A stretch of DNA of 64,000 nucleotides. It comes from Spirulina sp. (lineage in GTDB: Bacteria; Cyanobacteriota; Cyanobacteriia; Phormidesmidales; Phormidesmidaceae). A model generated the notes under the pieces. It worked only from the letters and a program-made list of their open reading frames with translations, was not told the origin of the DNA and ran no database searches. The stretch spans positions 1 to 64,000 of the forward strand of contig JBIPSI010000014.1 of NCBI GenBank assembly GCA_044070495.1, given 5' to 3'. A program made the position numbers and the translations under genes. Positions 29,614 through 40,049 of this stretch are shown here, in pieces (within the stretch, counting starts at the first letter, position 1; each line of letters starts with the position of its first letter).

Positions 29614-29868
29614 CTAGCTCAGTTCTTGGTCGAGGTCGGACAGCAGAATCTGGTAGTCGGCCTCGGTGTTGATAGGGTAGCGCTGCCAGTCGCCCTTGAC
29701 TTTGAGGTCGGCAAAGAGGCCGCTGGGGTCTTCGTGGAAATGCAGGAAGGCGGTGGATTTTAGGTAAAACTTGCCCTCGCCCTTTTCCTTCAGGGGCGGC
29801 ATTCGGCTCCGAACTTGGCTGAGCAGGGGCGCAAGCTGGGCTAGGGTGGTGGCAGTAGCGTGGCGCAT
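29614..29868 (-). CDS. Small hypothetical protein
   Basis: MRHA...LKEK..GKFY...AFLHFHED...LFADLK; co-oriented between GT4 gene and xseA. Confidence 0.7.
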   Translation of the reverse strand: MRHATATTLAQLAPLLSQVRSRMPPLKEKGEGKFYLKSTAFLHFHEDPSGLFADLKVKGDWQRYPINTEADYQILLSDLDQELS

Positions 29869-29897
29869 CGGCACCTCTGGAAACGGAGGACACAGGG

Positions 29898-30977
29898 CTA
29901 GGGGGCGGTGGCGGCATCGACGACATTCTGAAACCAGGCTTCAAACCGATCCCCCATGGCGACGAGGGAATATTCGGCCTCGGCTTGGCGACGACAGGCG
30001 GATCGATCAAGGTCGTCGATCCGTCCGATGGCCTCGGCGAGGGCAGCGACATCGTCAGGGGGAACCACCCAGCCCGTTTCGCCGTGGCGAACAATTTCAG
30101 CCGGGCCGCCCCGGTCATAGGTAATCACGGGCACGCCACAGGCCATCGACTCAACCACCACGTTGCCAAAGGCCTCCACCCAGCGTGGGGTCATCACCAT
30201 GGCACGGCACTGGCCAACAACCTGCTGAAGCTCTTGGGTGGGCAAAAAGCCAAGGTAGCTGGCCTCCGCCTGGGGAAATCGCTGGCAAAGGCTCCGCCAG
30301 TAGGCTTCGTCCTCCAGTTTGCCCAAAATTTTGAGGGGCACCTGGGCCATTTCTGTCGCGGCAAGGGCATCCTCTAGGCCTTTTTCTGGGGAGATTCGCC
30401 CTAGCCAAACCAAGGAATCGCCGGGGGTAGGGCAAAACTGATAGAGGGACAGATCGATCGCACTACCCAAGATCCTAAACGCCGTCTCACCCTCAAAGGT
30501 TTGCGCCTGGGCACGGGTGGAAACCCCCAGCCGACCAGGGAATTGTTCTGCCACCTGCCGCACGGCTCCGTCAATCACGTCGCTCAAGGATGCCATGGTC
30601 ACGAAATGGGCCACGGGGGTCTGAAAAAACGGTGTGAGGTAGAAGGGCAACCAGTCGTAGGCAAAGTTCACGATGAGATCAAACTGATGCTGATGCTGCC
30701 TTGCGTAGTCCCACATGGCGGCCAAAACACTATCGCCAGGGAGAACAATAGGTGCGTCGCGGCCTTGGGTATGGGCCGTGATCTGGGGCTGTCCTGGAAT
30801 TTCCACCACAGGTACCTCCTCCAACACTGATCGCTCAGGGGCCAACACCGTTACTCCATGCCCCCGTCGCCGCATTTCTCGACCCAGGTTCAGCAGCCGA
30901 AGCTCTACCCCTCCCCCCAAGCCCGATCCCAGATGCCCCACGGGGGTAGACATCAACAGCAAACGCAACTGAGACAT
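29898..30977 (-). CDS. Glycosyltransferase family 4
   Basis: GGVE, GRISPEKG, EAFGNVVVESMACGVPV. Confidence 0.9.
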   Translation of the reverse strand: MSQLRLLLMSTPVGHLGSGLGGGVELRLLNLGREMRRRGHGVTVLAPERSVLEEVPVVEIPGQPQITAHTQGRDAPIVLPGDSVLAAMWDYARQHQHQFDLIVNFAYDWLPFYLTPFFQTPVAHFVTMASLSDVIDGAVRQVAEQFPGRLGVSTRAQAQTFEGETAFRILGSAIDLSLYQFCPTPGDSLVWLGRISPEKGLEDALAATEMAQVPLKILGKLEDEAYWRSLCQRFPQAEASYLGFLPTQELQQVVGQCRAMVMTPRWVEAFGNVVVESMACGVPVITYDRGGPAEIVRHGETGWVVPPDDVAALAEAIGRIDDLDRSACRRQAEAEYSLVAMGDRFEAWFQNVVDAATAP

Positions 30978-31175
30978 ATCAACCTTCCTAGGCATAACTA
31001 TCCCAGCCCCAGGCTACTCTGGAGTGCTGCACAAACTGAGGTAGGACGGGCCATGATTGTACGGGACGAGACTCTGAGGGTGCCCCTGGAGAACACCTGC
31101 AAATTAGAGTAGCGCATTGGGGTTAGGCCAAACGGGCTAACGGGTCAATGCCCTTAGAACCACCTCTGCGCTAGG

Positions 31176-32024
31176 CTATTCGGCGGCGTTCAGACGTTCT
31201 ACCTCCTCTAATGCCAGGGTTTTGTTGTTGGCGTAGGTGGCGATGCGATCCTGGGCCACCGGGTAGCGATCATCCGATGGAGGCACCTCGGCCATCAAAT
31301 CTGAGGCCCGCTGCCACCGCACCGCTAGATCGAGCCATTCAGCCGCCGTCGTTGCAGATTTTCCATCCTCCACCGCCTGTTGGGCGATGCGCACCGCCAA
31401 CACAAAAGGGTCTTGGTCGGGGGGAACCGGGGGCAGCTCAGGGGCGGGGGAGGGCTGGGCAGTGGGTTGAGATATCCCCCCCAAGTTGGCCCGCAGCCAA
31501 TCCTTGGTGGCCCAGCCTACAATCAGCAGCAGCAGGGCAAGACTGGCCCCGCCCATCAGCCCTCGCCAAAAGGCCGACCGACTGGCGGGACTTTTCTTGC
31601 TGGGCACATCTTCCAAAAAGGGGGTGCGCTGGCGAGGGGCACGTAGATCTTGCCACAGTCGCAGGACGGGGTTCGGGCGCTTGAGGGTAACGGGTTCTGC
31701 CCACAGCAGGCTATTTTCAGGGTCTCGCTTAATTTCATCGAGCCACAGCAACTGTTGCTCTTGCACAATGCGGCTGTTGATGTTGACCCTGGTGATGCCC
31801 TTGGGACTAATGGATTCCAACACCGTTTTCACCTCATCCACCACCGTGGCCTGGGGCAGTTGTTCGGCGGTGGGGGCTTCCACCAACAGTTGGAGGATGC
31901 CATTGTCCTGCACCGCACGGGTACGAATCCCGGACTTGGCAAAGTGGTCGTTCAAAAGCTGGATGATAGCGGCCACACTACCCTGGCGCGCCTGGAGGTC
32001 GATGTCGTCGATGGTGGAAGGCAT
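31176..32024 (-). CDS. Hypothetical cyanobacterial single-TM protein
   Basis: QARQGSVAAIIQLLN N-terminus, TM helix, DPF..AVRIA...WQRASDLM C-terminus. Confidence 0.75.
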   Translation of the reverse strand: MPSTIDDIDLQARQGSVAAIIQLLNDHFAKSGIRTRAVQDNGILQLLVEAPTAEQLPQATVVDEVKTVLESISPKGITRVNINSRIVQEQQLLWLDEIKRDPENSLLWAEPVTLKRPNPVLRLWQDLRAPRQRTPFLEDVPSKKSPASRSAFWRGLMGGASLALLLLIVGWATKDWLRANLGGISQPTAQPSPAPELPPVPPDQDPFVLAVRIAQQAVEDGKSATTAAEWLDLAVRWQRASDLMAEVPPSDDRYPVAQDRIATYANNKTLALEEVERLNAAE

Positions 32025-32150
32025 AGCAAATACAACCCGCAACAATAGGCGGCTAACCGGATCACAACGCCATAGACAGCCTATGATCCCAAAGATTATA
32101 TCAAGCCCTGCCCAGGGCGCTGCATTCTCTGATTAACCAACGGCTGAGCA

Positions 32151-32186
32151 GCCCTCATCCCCAGCCCCTCTCCCACGGGGCGAGGG
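32151..32186. repeat. Half copy of CCCTCATCCCCAGCCCCTCTCCC repeat family
   Basis: Same family as 44567-44664 and 54711-54798. Confidence 0.6.
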
Positions 32187-32233
32187 ATGCAAACTGCTCA
32201 AGATTGCAGCGTTTGGCCTATCCCGAACTCAGG

Positions 32234-33295
32234 TTAGAGCAGGTGTTGGAACCGTTCTTCGGCCCCCAGTTGTTTCACGGCTTGCTTGATGTCCTGGGTG
32301 CGGTCTTTGTGAACCACCAGGGTGGCGTTACCGTCGCGCACAATCACCACATCACTCAGGCCGATGGTGACCACCACTTCTTCGGCATTGGAGGCATAGA
32401 CAATGCTGCCTTCGGTGTCGAGGGCGATGTGGGTGGCAAGGTTGACGTTCTTGTCGTCGGGTTGCTTCAGCAGACGTTCCACGGCGTTCCAGTCGCCTAG
32501 GTCATCCCAGCCAAAGGCCACGGGCATGACGTAGGCGTGGGTGGTGTGCTCCATCACCGCGTAGTCGATGCTGAGCTTTTCTAGGCTAGGGTAGGCCGCT
32601 ACCCCTTGATCCAAAATGGGCTGCATGAGCTGAGGGGCATGGGTTTTGAGTTCCTCCAGCATGGTCTGGGCCGGAAACACAAACATGCCGCTATTCCAGC
32701 TAAAGCGGCCACTCTCAATGAAGGTTTGGGCGGTGGGGGCATCGGGTTTTTCGGTGAAGCGGCTGACCTGGTAGGTGGGCAGATCGCCGTAGGTGCCAGC
32801 GGCCTCGCCCTGTTCAATGTAGCCATAGCCCGTCGCCGGATAGGTGGGAGCAATCCCCAGGGTGGCGATGGCCCCTCGTTCCTCGGCTAGGGCGGCTGCG
32901 GCCCGCAGGGTTTGGCAAAAGGCCTCCTCATCGGCAATCCAGTGATCCGCCGGGAAAAACCCTACCACCGCCTCTTGGCCGTAGCGCTGGGCAATTTCCA
33001 GCGTCGCCCAGGCCACTGCCGGGGCCGTATCGCGCCCTACGGGTTCCACCAGCAGGTTGGCTTCTGGTAGGTGGGGCAGTTGTTCCCGCACCCGATCCGC
33101 CAAATGGCCAGCGGTAATCACCCACAGATCGTCCCAGGTGCCCGTCAACTGGCAGAGCCGATCCGCCGTGGCCTGGAGCAAACTCCGGTCGCTGCCATCG
33201 AGACAAAGGAACTGCTTTGGACAGGCAAGGCGGCTGACGGGCCAGAAACGCTCGCCCTTGCCACCCGCCAAAATTACTGGGATAAATAAAGACAT
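32234..33295 (-). CDS. manC: Mannose-1-phosphate guanylyltransferase
   Basis: VILAGGKGERFWP, PKQF, EPVGRDTAPA, PADH, FTEKPD, WNSGMF, WDDLGDW. Confidence 0.93.
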   Translation of the reverse strand: MSLFIPVILAGGKGERFWPVSRLACPKQFLCLDGSDRSLLQATADRLCQLTGTWDDLWVITAGHLADRVREQLPHLPEANLLVEPVGRDTAPAVAWATLEIAQRYGQEAVVGFFPADHWIADEEAFCQTLRAAAALAEERGAIATLGIAPTYPATGYGYIEQGEAAGTYGDLPTYQVSRFTEKPDAPTAQTFIESGRFSWNSGMFVFPAQTMLEELKTHAPQLMQPILDQGVAAYPSLEKLSIDYAVMEHTTHAYVMPVAFGWDDLGDWNAVERLLKQPDDKNVNLATHIALDTEGSIVYASNAEEVVVTIGLSDVVIVRDGNATLVVHKDRTQDIKQAVKQLGAEERFQHLL

Positions 33296-33559
33296 AGGTA
33301 TTAATCCTTAACGTTTGTCTATAGAAAAACGATAAATCTGTGCCCTCATCCTATCCCTAGACCGATGGGTCATGGTCAGAATGAGCTTAATATTGATTAA
33401 CACATTACGATGGGACAAAGGGTTTTTAAGGGTGGGGAATCTCTTTGGAGTGACAGATCGTGAGCTGTCTCAGCGAAAGGGACAAGGATAGAGAATCAGC
33501 GATAGGGTTCCCATAGGTGGGTTCAGGCCCGTTCTAGGCTGATTCTAGGGTGGTGAGGT

Positions 33560-35068
33560 GTGACGTCAGTGAAGCAGGTATCCATGGAACCGTCGAAGCA
33601 ATCTGAAGAGTCCGGCGTGATGGCCCCAGGGTTCTCCACTCAGGCCCATGGCGATGGCCAAGCCGCCGCTGTGCTAGACACCGCCGATCCCACGTCGTCC
33701 CAGCCTGCCCAGTCTGTGGATCCAGATCCCCTCTCCGCCTATCGCTACGTTGCGCCACCCTCTCCCAAGACTGGGGGCTGGCTGAGACGCACCCTGAATG
33801 GGCTGCTGTGGAGCGGAGTTTTCATCGGCACAGCGGCCACGTCGGCCTTCCTAGGGGCAGGGGCTGCCCTCTTCCTGCCTATTCCCGGTGTTCCTGTGGC
33901 CGATGGTAGCGCCCCAGGACTCAGCGACCTTTGGCAGTCTGGGTTTCGGTACCAGGTCACTCGTCCGGTCAATATTCTGGTCATGGGTCTGGATGAAAAT
34001 CGAGATGCGGCCCCCGGTTCCGAGGCTGTTTTCGGAGGCCGTACTGATACCCTGCTACTGGTGCGTGTCAATCCTGAGGACAAGACCCTGCGGGTGATGT
34101 CCATTCCACGGGATACCCGCGTCCAAATTCCGGGTTATGGCATGGCCAAAATTAACCATGCCAACGTGGAGGGTGGGCCTGCCCTAGTCGCCCAAACCAT
34201 TGCCGATAACCTGGGTAACGTGCAGATCGACCGCTATGTGCGGGTCAACACCGTCGCCTTTCGCGAAATTGTCGATCTGGTCGGGGGCATCGAAGTGGAG
34301 GTGCCCCAGCGCATGGAGTACACCGACCAAACCCAGGGCCTCTATATTGACCTATATCCCGGTTGGCAAACCCTCAGCGGTGACCAGGCCGAGCAATTTG
34401 CCCGCTTCCGTAATGATGGGGTGGGGGATATTGGCCGGGTGCAGCGACAGCAGATTTTGCTAAAGGCCCTGCGGGAGCGCCTCACCAGTCCCATGGTGGT
34501 GCCCAGTTTGCCCCAGGCCATCCGGGTGGTGCAGCGCTATGTCGATACCAACCTCACCCTGGAGGAAATGCTGGCCCTCGCCAACTTTGGCCTAGAAATC
34601 GACACCGACAGTTTCCAAATGGTGATGCTGCCAGGACGGTTCAGCAGCGCCTCCGAATTTGAAGCCAGCTATTGGCTACCCGACTGGGAAGCCTCAGCCA
34701 CCGTTCTGCAAACCTTCTTCCAAACCGAAGGGGTAAGCGTCTATGCCGATAACAACGGTGCCCGTTACGTCGCCAACCTCAGCATTGCGGTTCAGAACGC
34801 CTCCAACACCTCGGGGGCTGGGGCCGCCATGGTGCAATACCTGCGCGATAACGGGTTTAGCGGGGTTTATCTGACTGGCGACGCCCCCACCGTCAGCCGC
34901 AGCACCGAAGTGGTGGCCCAGCGTGGCGACCGAGACAGCGCCGAAATGATTCAATCGGTGTTGGGCCAAGGCCAAGTGCTTTCCGAATCCACCGGTGATC
35001 TCGGCTCCGACATTACCATTCGCGTGGGCCAAGACTGGGCCACCCAATGGGCCGAACCTCCCCAGTAG
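33560..35068 (+). CDS. LCP (LytR-CpsA-Psr) family protein with LytR_C domain
   Basis: TM, NILVMGLD, GRTDT, SIPRDT, ARFR...GDIGRVQRQQ, DITIRVGQDW. Confidence 0.92.
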   Translation: MTSVKQVSMEPSKQSEESGVMAPGFSTQAHGDGQAAAVLDTADPTSSQPAQSVDPDPLSAYRYVAPPSPKTGGWLRRTLNGLLWSGVFIGTAATSAFLGAGAALFLPIPGVPVADGSAPGLSDLWQSGFRYQVTRPVNILVMGLDENRDAAPGSEAVFGGRTDTLLLVRVNPEDKTLRVMSIPRDTRVQIPGYGMAKINHANVEGGPALVAQTIADNLGNVQIDRYVRVNTVAFREIVDLVGGIEVEVPQRMEYTDQTQGLYIDLYPGWQTLSGDQAEQFARFRNDGVGDIGRVQRQQILLKALRERLTSPMVVPSLPQAIRVVQRYVDTNLTLEEMLALANFGLEIDTDSFQMVMLPGRFSSASEFEASYWLPDWEASATVLQTFFQTEGVSVYADNNGARYVANLSIAVQNASNTSGAGAAMVQYLRDNGFSGVYLTGDAPTVSRSTEVVAQRGDRDSAEMIQSVLGQGQVLSESTGDLGSDITIRVGQDWATQWAEPPQ

Positions 35069-35258
35069 TCGCAAATTCCTCTGCTTCATCGGAGGTTTGC
35101 GATCAGCCAGGCAGTTGACTCCCCGACGGTCGTGGCCAAAACCCTTAGTCTATAGGCATTTTGGGAATCGTTAGCCCCCTTGACAAGGCTGGATCTTCGA
35201 GCAAGTTAAGGACTAGAAGCTGGCTGACTGACACAACGCCGAAAAGCCTTGACCCCTC

Positions 35259-35343
35259 GTAGGTTGGGTGGCGCGATAGCAGAACCCAACAAGTCCGATA
35301 CCCTTGGCGGGTGTTGGGTTCCGCTTCGCTTCACCCAACCTAC
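35259..35343. repeat. Inverted REP pair (BIME-like)
   Basis: GTAGGTTGGGTG ... CACCCAACCTAC, perfect 12-bp inverted repeat between convergent genes. Confidence 0.8.
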
Positions 35344-35401
35344 TTTACCTAACCCGAACTGAGGCCAAACAGGATTCAGCTTTGGCGGTGCATTCCTAGA
35401 T

Positions 35402-35878
35402 CTAGGACTCCAGAGGTTTCTTCATCAAAATCGCCTCTGGCCGATAGCCCAGTTTTTGGTAAAGCGCCTGGGCCGGTGCATTTTCGCTGAATACTTGCAG
35501 ACTGATTTGGCGATGCCCTTCGGCCTTGGCCCAATGGTGGGCGGCCTGTAAGAGTTGGGTGGCCAGACCTTGGCGGCGGTGGTCGGGGTGAACGTAGAGC
35601 AGCAGCACGTAGGGATGGAGCAGGCCAGTGCGTTGATCGGTGGCTTGGCCTAGCCAAATGCAGCCCACGGCGATGGCGGATTCCCGGCTACCGGGGCATT
35701 CCACAATCCATAGGGGCGTATCGCAGGAGAGGTAGCGATCCACCGTGGCGGCGAGGTGCTTGATGGGCGGACTGTCGTCTAATTCTTGGTAGGTGCGCTC
35801 CATGAATTTGACCAGAGTGGCCCGATCTAGGGGCGAACCGGAGCGCAGGTGATAGCCGGGAATGGGAAATGAGGACAT
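35402..35878 (-). CDS. GNAT family N-acetyltransferase
   Basis: LYVHPDHRRQGLA, N.PAQALYQKLGY. Confidence 0.92.
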   Translation of the reverse strand: MSSFPIPGYHLRSGSPLDRATLVKFMERTYQELDDSPPIKHLAATVDRYLSCDTPLWIVECPGSRESAIAVGCIWLGQATDQRTGLLHPYVLLLYVHPDHRRQGLATQLLQAAHHWAKAEGHRQISLQVFSENAPAQALYQKLGYRPEAILMKKPLES

Positions 35879-35883
35879 GAGGG

Positions 35884-37608
35884 TTATCGAGGGACGGACT
35901 GCACCTGAAGGCTACGGAGGCGGTTGATGGCGGCGGCGAGTTCCAAGCCGCGAAACATTGCCAAGTCGCCCATGGGCCAGTCGGTGAGGGCGTCCAGACC
36001 GTGATTCGCTAGGTCGGCCATCACCGCAGCCACCACATCGGGCAGGGGCCGATCTGGGGTCATATGGTAGCGCTGGGCGTAGACGATGGCCTCGGCGATG
36101 GCCCGCACCTGGCCCGGTTCTACCAGTTGTTCTACGGCAGAGAGGTCGATGGCTTCGGTGCCGATCTGCAAGTGGTCGGTGTCCCTGGCCTTGAGGTTGA
36201 CGCTGCGCCGCCCTTTGCTGGGGTCGATACTGTGGGGCTGCACGATGCGGGGGGTGAGGTCGCCAAAGTGGGTTCCGCCCTCGCGGTGGCGGTCGGTTGG
36301 GTACTGGGCGACGATGGCCTTGGCTTGGGTGGTCACATCCTGGGGCACAAACTCGTCGAGGGCAATCACCGTATCGGCCACATCAAAATAGTCGCCGCTG
36401 CCCCCCATCACCATCACCGTGGAAAGGCCGTAGTCGGTATAGATCTGGCGCACCTTGTCGATGAAGGGGGTGATCGGTTCGCGATCCTTGGCGATGAGCG
36501 CCTGCATCCGGCGATCCCGAATCATAAAGTTTGTAGCAGAGGTGTCCTCATCCACCAGCAGCACCCTAGCCCCGGCTTCTAGGGCTTCGATAATCGTTGC
36601 CGCCTGGGAGGTACTGCCGCTGGCGTTGGTGGTGGAAAACTGGCGGGTAGACTGGCCCTGGGGCAAATGGCCAATGAAGGGGGAAATATCCACCCCGGCA
36701 ATGCTTCGGCCATCCTCGGCCCGCACCTTCACCGCCGCCCCATCGGTGACCACCTGGTGTCGCCCATCGCCGGGAATATGGTTATACACCCCCGCCTCCA
36801 GCGCCCGCAGCAGGGTGGATTTTCCGTGGTAGCCGCCGCCCACAATCAGGGTAATGCCCTGGGGAATGCCCAGCCCTGTCACCGATCCAGCATGGGGGCA
36901 GGTCAACGTCACCCGCAGCGATTCCGGCGACTGAAACGGTACGGCCCGATCCGCCAAAGGCCGCTCATCCACGCCACTGCGCCGAGGCAAAACGGCCCCA
37001 TCCGCCACAAAGGCGACTAGCCCGTGATCGTGCAGTTGTGACCGCAAAACATCGGCATCCTCGGCACAGTCCAAATGGCGCTGAATTGCCGCTGCATCCA
37101 GGGACTTGTAGCGCAGGGTGTTGTCCACCAAGTCCGGCAGCGCCCGACAGAGCAAGTCCGCCGCCTGTCGTCCGGCAATGCGTCGCCCAAAGGCCGGAAG
37201 CCCTACGGTCAGCCGTAGTTCCACCTTGTCCGCTGTGACATGGGCCGCACTCCGGTTTAGGATCGCCTGACTGGGCCGCACCACGCCAATCAACCCACTT
37301 TTGCCCGATCCCGCCTGTCGCTCCCGCCGCTGGGTGGCTTGGTACGCCGCCCGAATCAGGAAATCCGCCAAGGCCACCGCCCGCCCCGGTGTCTGCCAGA
37401 GTTCCGCCGGAAAGCCCGCCACCGCCTGGGACATCTCCACCCGCACTCGGCTAGGAGCGGCAAAGGGATCCCCCTGCACATGATCGATGTGAAGGATAAA
37501 CCCCTCAAACGGGTAGGCACCCTTGAGGGATTTGTAGGCTCCATAGCCTTGGCCATCGAGACAATGCAGTTGGTTGTAAAGTGCTTTGAAATCGGATGTG
37601 CTAGTCAA
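35884..37608 (-). CDS. ABC-class ATPase domain-containing protein
   Basis: HVQGDPFAAPS, GGGYHGKSTLL, RAEDGR, ASGSTSQAA, LVDEDTSATNFM. Confidence 0.88.
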   Translation of the reverse strand: MTSTSDFKALYNQLHCLDGQGYGAYKSLKGAYPFEGFILHIDHVQGDPFAAPSRVRVEMSQAVAGFPAELWQTPGRAVALADFLIRAAYQATQRRERQAGSGKSGLIGVVRPSQAILNRSAAHVTADKVELRLTVGLPAFGRRIAGRQAADLLCRALPDLVDNTLRYKSLDAAAIQRHLDCAEDADVLRSQLHDHGLVAFVADGAVLPRRSGVDERPLADRAVPFQSPESLRVTLTCPHAGSVTGLGIPQGITLIVGGGYHGKSTLLRALEAGVYNHIPGDGRHQVVTDGAAVKVRAEDGRSIAGVDISPFIGHLPQGQSTRQFSTTNASGSTSQAATIIEALEAGARVLLVDEDTSATNFMIRDRRMQALIAKDREPITPFIDKVRQIYTDYGLSTVMVMGGSGDYFDVADTVIALDEFVPQDVTTQAKAIVAQYPTDRHREGGTHFGDLTPRIVQPHSIDPSKGRRSVNLKARDTDHLQIGTEAIDLSAVEQLVEPGQVRAIAEAIVYAQRYHMTPDRPLPDVVAAVMADLANHGLDALTDWPMGDLAMFRGLELAAAINRLRSLQVQSVPR

Positions 37609-37697
37609 AGGGAAAGCCAGAATAAGCCAAGGGCAAAAACACCTGCTCCGTCAGGAGAATATCAGGAAAAAGGCTTATTAATTAACGCCTTATCATC

Positions 37698-37849
37698 TTA
37701 TAGCGGTTCTCGGTAGAGTGAGGTACGCCGTTGCTGGGTTCTAGATCCCCCCAGTATCTAGCTGTCTAAGTTTTGCTCTGTACCCCCCTTATCAAGGGGG
37801 GCAGGGGGGATCCCCACAATTTACTTCACTCAAGTGGGATCCGCTATAA
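37698..37849. mobile_element. MITE-like element with about 28-bp imperfect terminal inverted repeats
   Basis: Left TTATAGCGGTTCTCGGTAGAGTGAGGTA; right (reverse complement) TTATAGCGGATCCCACTTGAGTGAAGTA; nested half dispersed repeat. Confidence 0.75.
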
Positions 37850-38045
37850 ATCTAGCTTATCTGCCCCCAGCAGCTATGGGTGGGAATCCATGATTGCCTG
37901 ACACCCCGATATGGACGGGCTACTAGCCTATATCAGCGGTATACAACCCTGCTAGGACACCCTATAGCCTGATGGAATGTGTCTTCTGGAATCAGCCTAG
38001 CCTGCACTCCGGTGCTCCACTTCGCTGAAAATCCGAATAAATTCC

Positions 38046-38495
38046 TCAATGAATCAGAGGCAAACGGCGTGGGGAGATAACCCGTTTATTCAGGTGTAGC
38101 TCTCGGCCTCCATTGTGCCATTGCACTTGGTCAAACACTTGGTGAAGAATATATAGCCCCCTGCCGCAGTCGTTAACGTGGGAGTGGCAGGTTTCATAGG
38201 CCAGATCGTCGCAGGGACAGGGGTACTGAAACCCTTGGCCTTGGTCTGCAATCACCCACCAAAAGTGAGCGCCAGCGGTAGTATATCGAACGGAAACTTG
38301 CTTAGTGGGATCAAGGCGATTGCCGTGTTTGGCCGCATTGACTAGGGCTTCTTGAAGACCTAAGCGAATTTCAGCCTGCCACTGCTTGGGAACTTCGGCC
38401 ACCAAAATATCTAGAACAGGGTGTAGATACAGGGTAGAAACGAAGCTCAGCGTGCCCCACTTTTGCTGACTTAGGGGCGGAGAAGTTGCAACCAC
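38046..38495 (-). CDS. pmgA: Anti-sigma/Ser kinase-like regulator PmgA
   Basis: SF.STLYLHPVLD, EIRLGLQEALVNAAKHGN, DQGQGF, CGRGL. Confidence 0.85.
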   Translation of the reverse strand: MVATSPPLSQQKWGTLSFVSTLYLHPVLDILVAEVPKQWQAEIRLGLQEALVNAAKHGNRLDPTKQVSVRYTTAGAHFWWVIADQGQGFQYPCPCDDLAYETCHSHVNDCGRGLYILHQVFDQVQWHNGGRELHLNKRVISPRRLPLIH

Positions 38496-38870
38496 TCAAC
38501 ACCTCACAAAAATTCTGATCGAAGTCTACAAGCTGTCTTGAATGCTTCGATGAAACTGACATGACGAATCACCAGACACCAGACTTATCTCACGTTTTAA
38601 GATCTATCCAGACTAAGGTCTATTCAGAAACGTTTTTCAACGTTCTTTGAAGAACTAGACCAAACGATTGAATAGAGAGTCGGTTCTTGCATTTAAAAGC
38701 CTTGGCTGAGGCATCAGCCGTAGGATGAAATAAATAATTAAGTTTTTCTGTTGTTTGTTCCTGTGACTCAGTAAAGGATGTATAAGTCTTCGGAAAGCCT
38801 CGAATCTTGCTCCTTCTCTACCATAGCAAATTTCCAGGTTGGATTTGTATTGTGTAAAGCGGCTTAGGGG

Positions 38871-39533
38871 CTAGGCACCGCGATGCTGGGTGGCGGCTTC
38901 GGCCACAATGGCGGAGCTGTCTTGGGCGAGGGCGGCGAGGGCGGCGAGGGCTTCGGGCTGAGAAAATTGGGCGAGGGCCTGCACCAGGCGGTGGCGCACC
39001 TGCCAATCGGGGTGGGTGGTAAAGGGCAGCAACAGGGGCAGGGCGCGATCATCTCGCAGTTCACCGAGGGCACCGATGGCCGCCGTAATCACAAGGTCGT
39101 TATCGGATTGGATGGCCTCCTGCAAGAGATCCATGGCCTGGGGTTCGCCCAGTTCGCCCAAGGCCGCCACAATACTAAATTGCACCAGCCATTCTCCGGT
39201 ACTGTGATACAGCGCTGCCAGGTCAGCGTAGGCACTCCGCAGGTGCAGTCCCCCAATGGCATCAGCGGCGGCGGCCTGCACATCGGGTTCTGGGTCGTTG
39301 GTGAGGGCGCGGCGCAGGAGAGGTTCTACGGTGGCGAGATCCTGCTGCCCTAGGCTGGCGAGTTGGCTGATGGCAGCGTAGCGCACCCGGGCATTACCGT
39401 CGTTGGCAGCGAGTTGGGCTAGCTCGAAGGCATTGGCAAGGTCTAGATCGCGCAGTTGGTTAACGGCCCGCAGGCGGTCGCCGTAGTCCTCGGAATGCAG
39501 TAGCTCGCGCACAGAATCGGGGGTGATCGCCAT
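38871..39533 (-). CDS. nblB: Phycobilisome degradation protein, HEAT/PBS-lyase repeats
   Basis: MAITPDSVRELLHSEDYGDRL, ARVRYAA, EWLVQFSIVAALGELG, DWQVR; GGAGG RBS before 39533. Confidence 0.85.
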   Translation of the reverse strand: MAITPDSVRELLHSEDYGDRLRAVNQLRDLDLANAFELAQLAANDGNARVRYAAISQLASLGQQDLATVEPLLRRALTNDPEPDVQAAAADAIGGLHLRSAYADLAALYHSTGEWLVQFSIVAALGELGEPQAMDLLQEAIQSDNDLVITAAIGALGELRDDRALPLLLPFTTHPDWQVRHRLVQALAQFSQPEALAALAALAQDSSAIVAEAATQHRGA

Positions 39534-39751
39534 TTCGTAGCCTCCAGCACATAACTCCTCCCTACTACTATCGGCTATTTCGAGGGCGTTCGGGCAAAGG
39601 CGCACGTTTTTAGAATCTTCCTTAAAAGAAGGCCACCTGGATCGGGCGGGGCAAATTGTCAGGAATTTTTGACCTAGGGCTAGGGCTTTGGCTATCTAGG
39701 CTACCCCTTGTCCTGGCTAGGGCAAAACCGATGGATGCCCCTCCCTTGATT

Positions 39752-39946
39752 TGAGTACAGAACGATGGTTTTAGTTTTTGCCCTGTGTTTGTGGCCTCAG
39801 GGGTTGATCTGTCTCGGTTTTCTATGAGTACACAATCCCCATGCCAGGACTAAAAAATCCTAGGCTTCCCCCTGGGAAATACTTGACCGTTGCCCCTCAG
39901 CGATTTGGAAAGGGCCATTGCAAGGGGGATACAGCCCTTGAGTAGG
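39752..39946 (+). promoter_or_regulatory. Repeated TGAGTA motifs upstream of nifV (candidate CnfR-type nif cis-elements)
   Basis: TGAGTACA at 39752 and 39825, TGAGTAGG at 39939. Confidence 0.55.
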
Positions 39947-40049
39947 GGGTTAATCATTTAGCTAGTTCCGATGGCCTTGAGGAATGGCGGGACGGCGAAT
40001 GCCCTTGCTATAAGCAAACCTGAAGGGCACACCTGAAGGAGCCACCCCG

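Noticed and set aside
35090..35240. IS1-derived MITE (ends ...ACACAACGCC)
   Set aside because: Only one end resembles an IS1 terminus; the other is too degenerate to support a call.
37850..38870. 6S RNA or other ncRNA flanking pmgA
   Set aside because: I could not recognise the conserved 6S sequence or a long closing stem on either strand; needs an Rfam scan.
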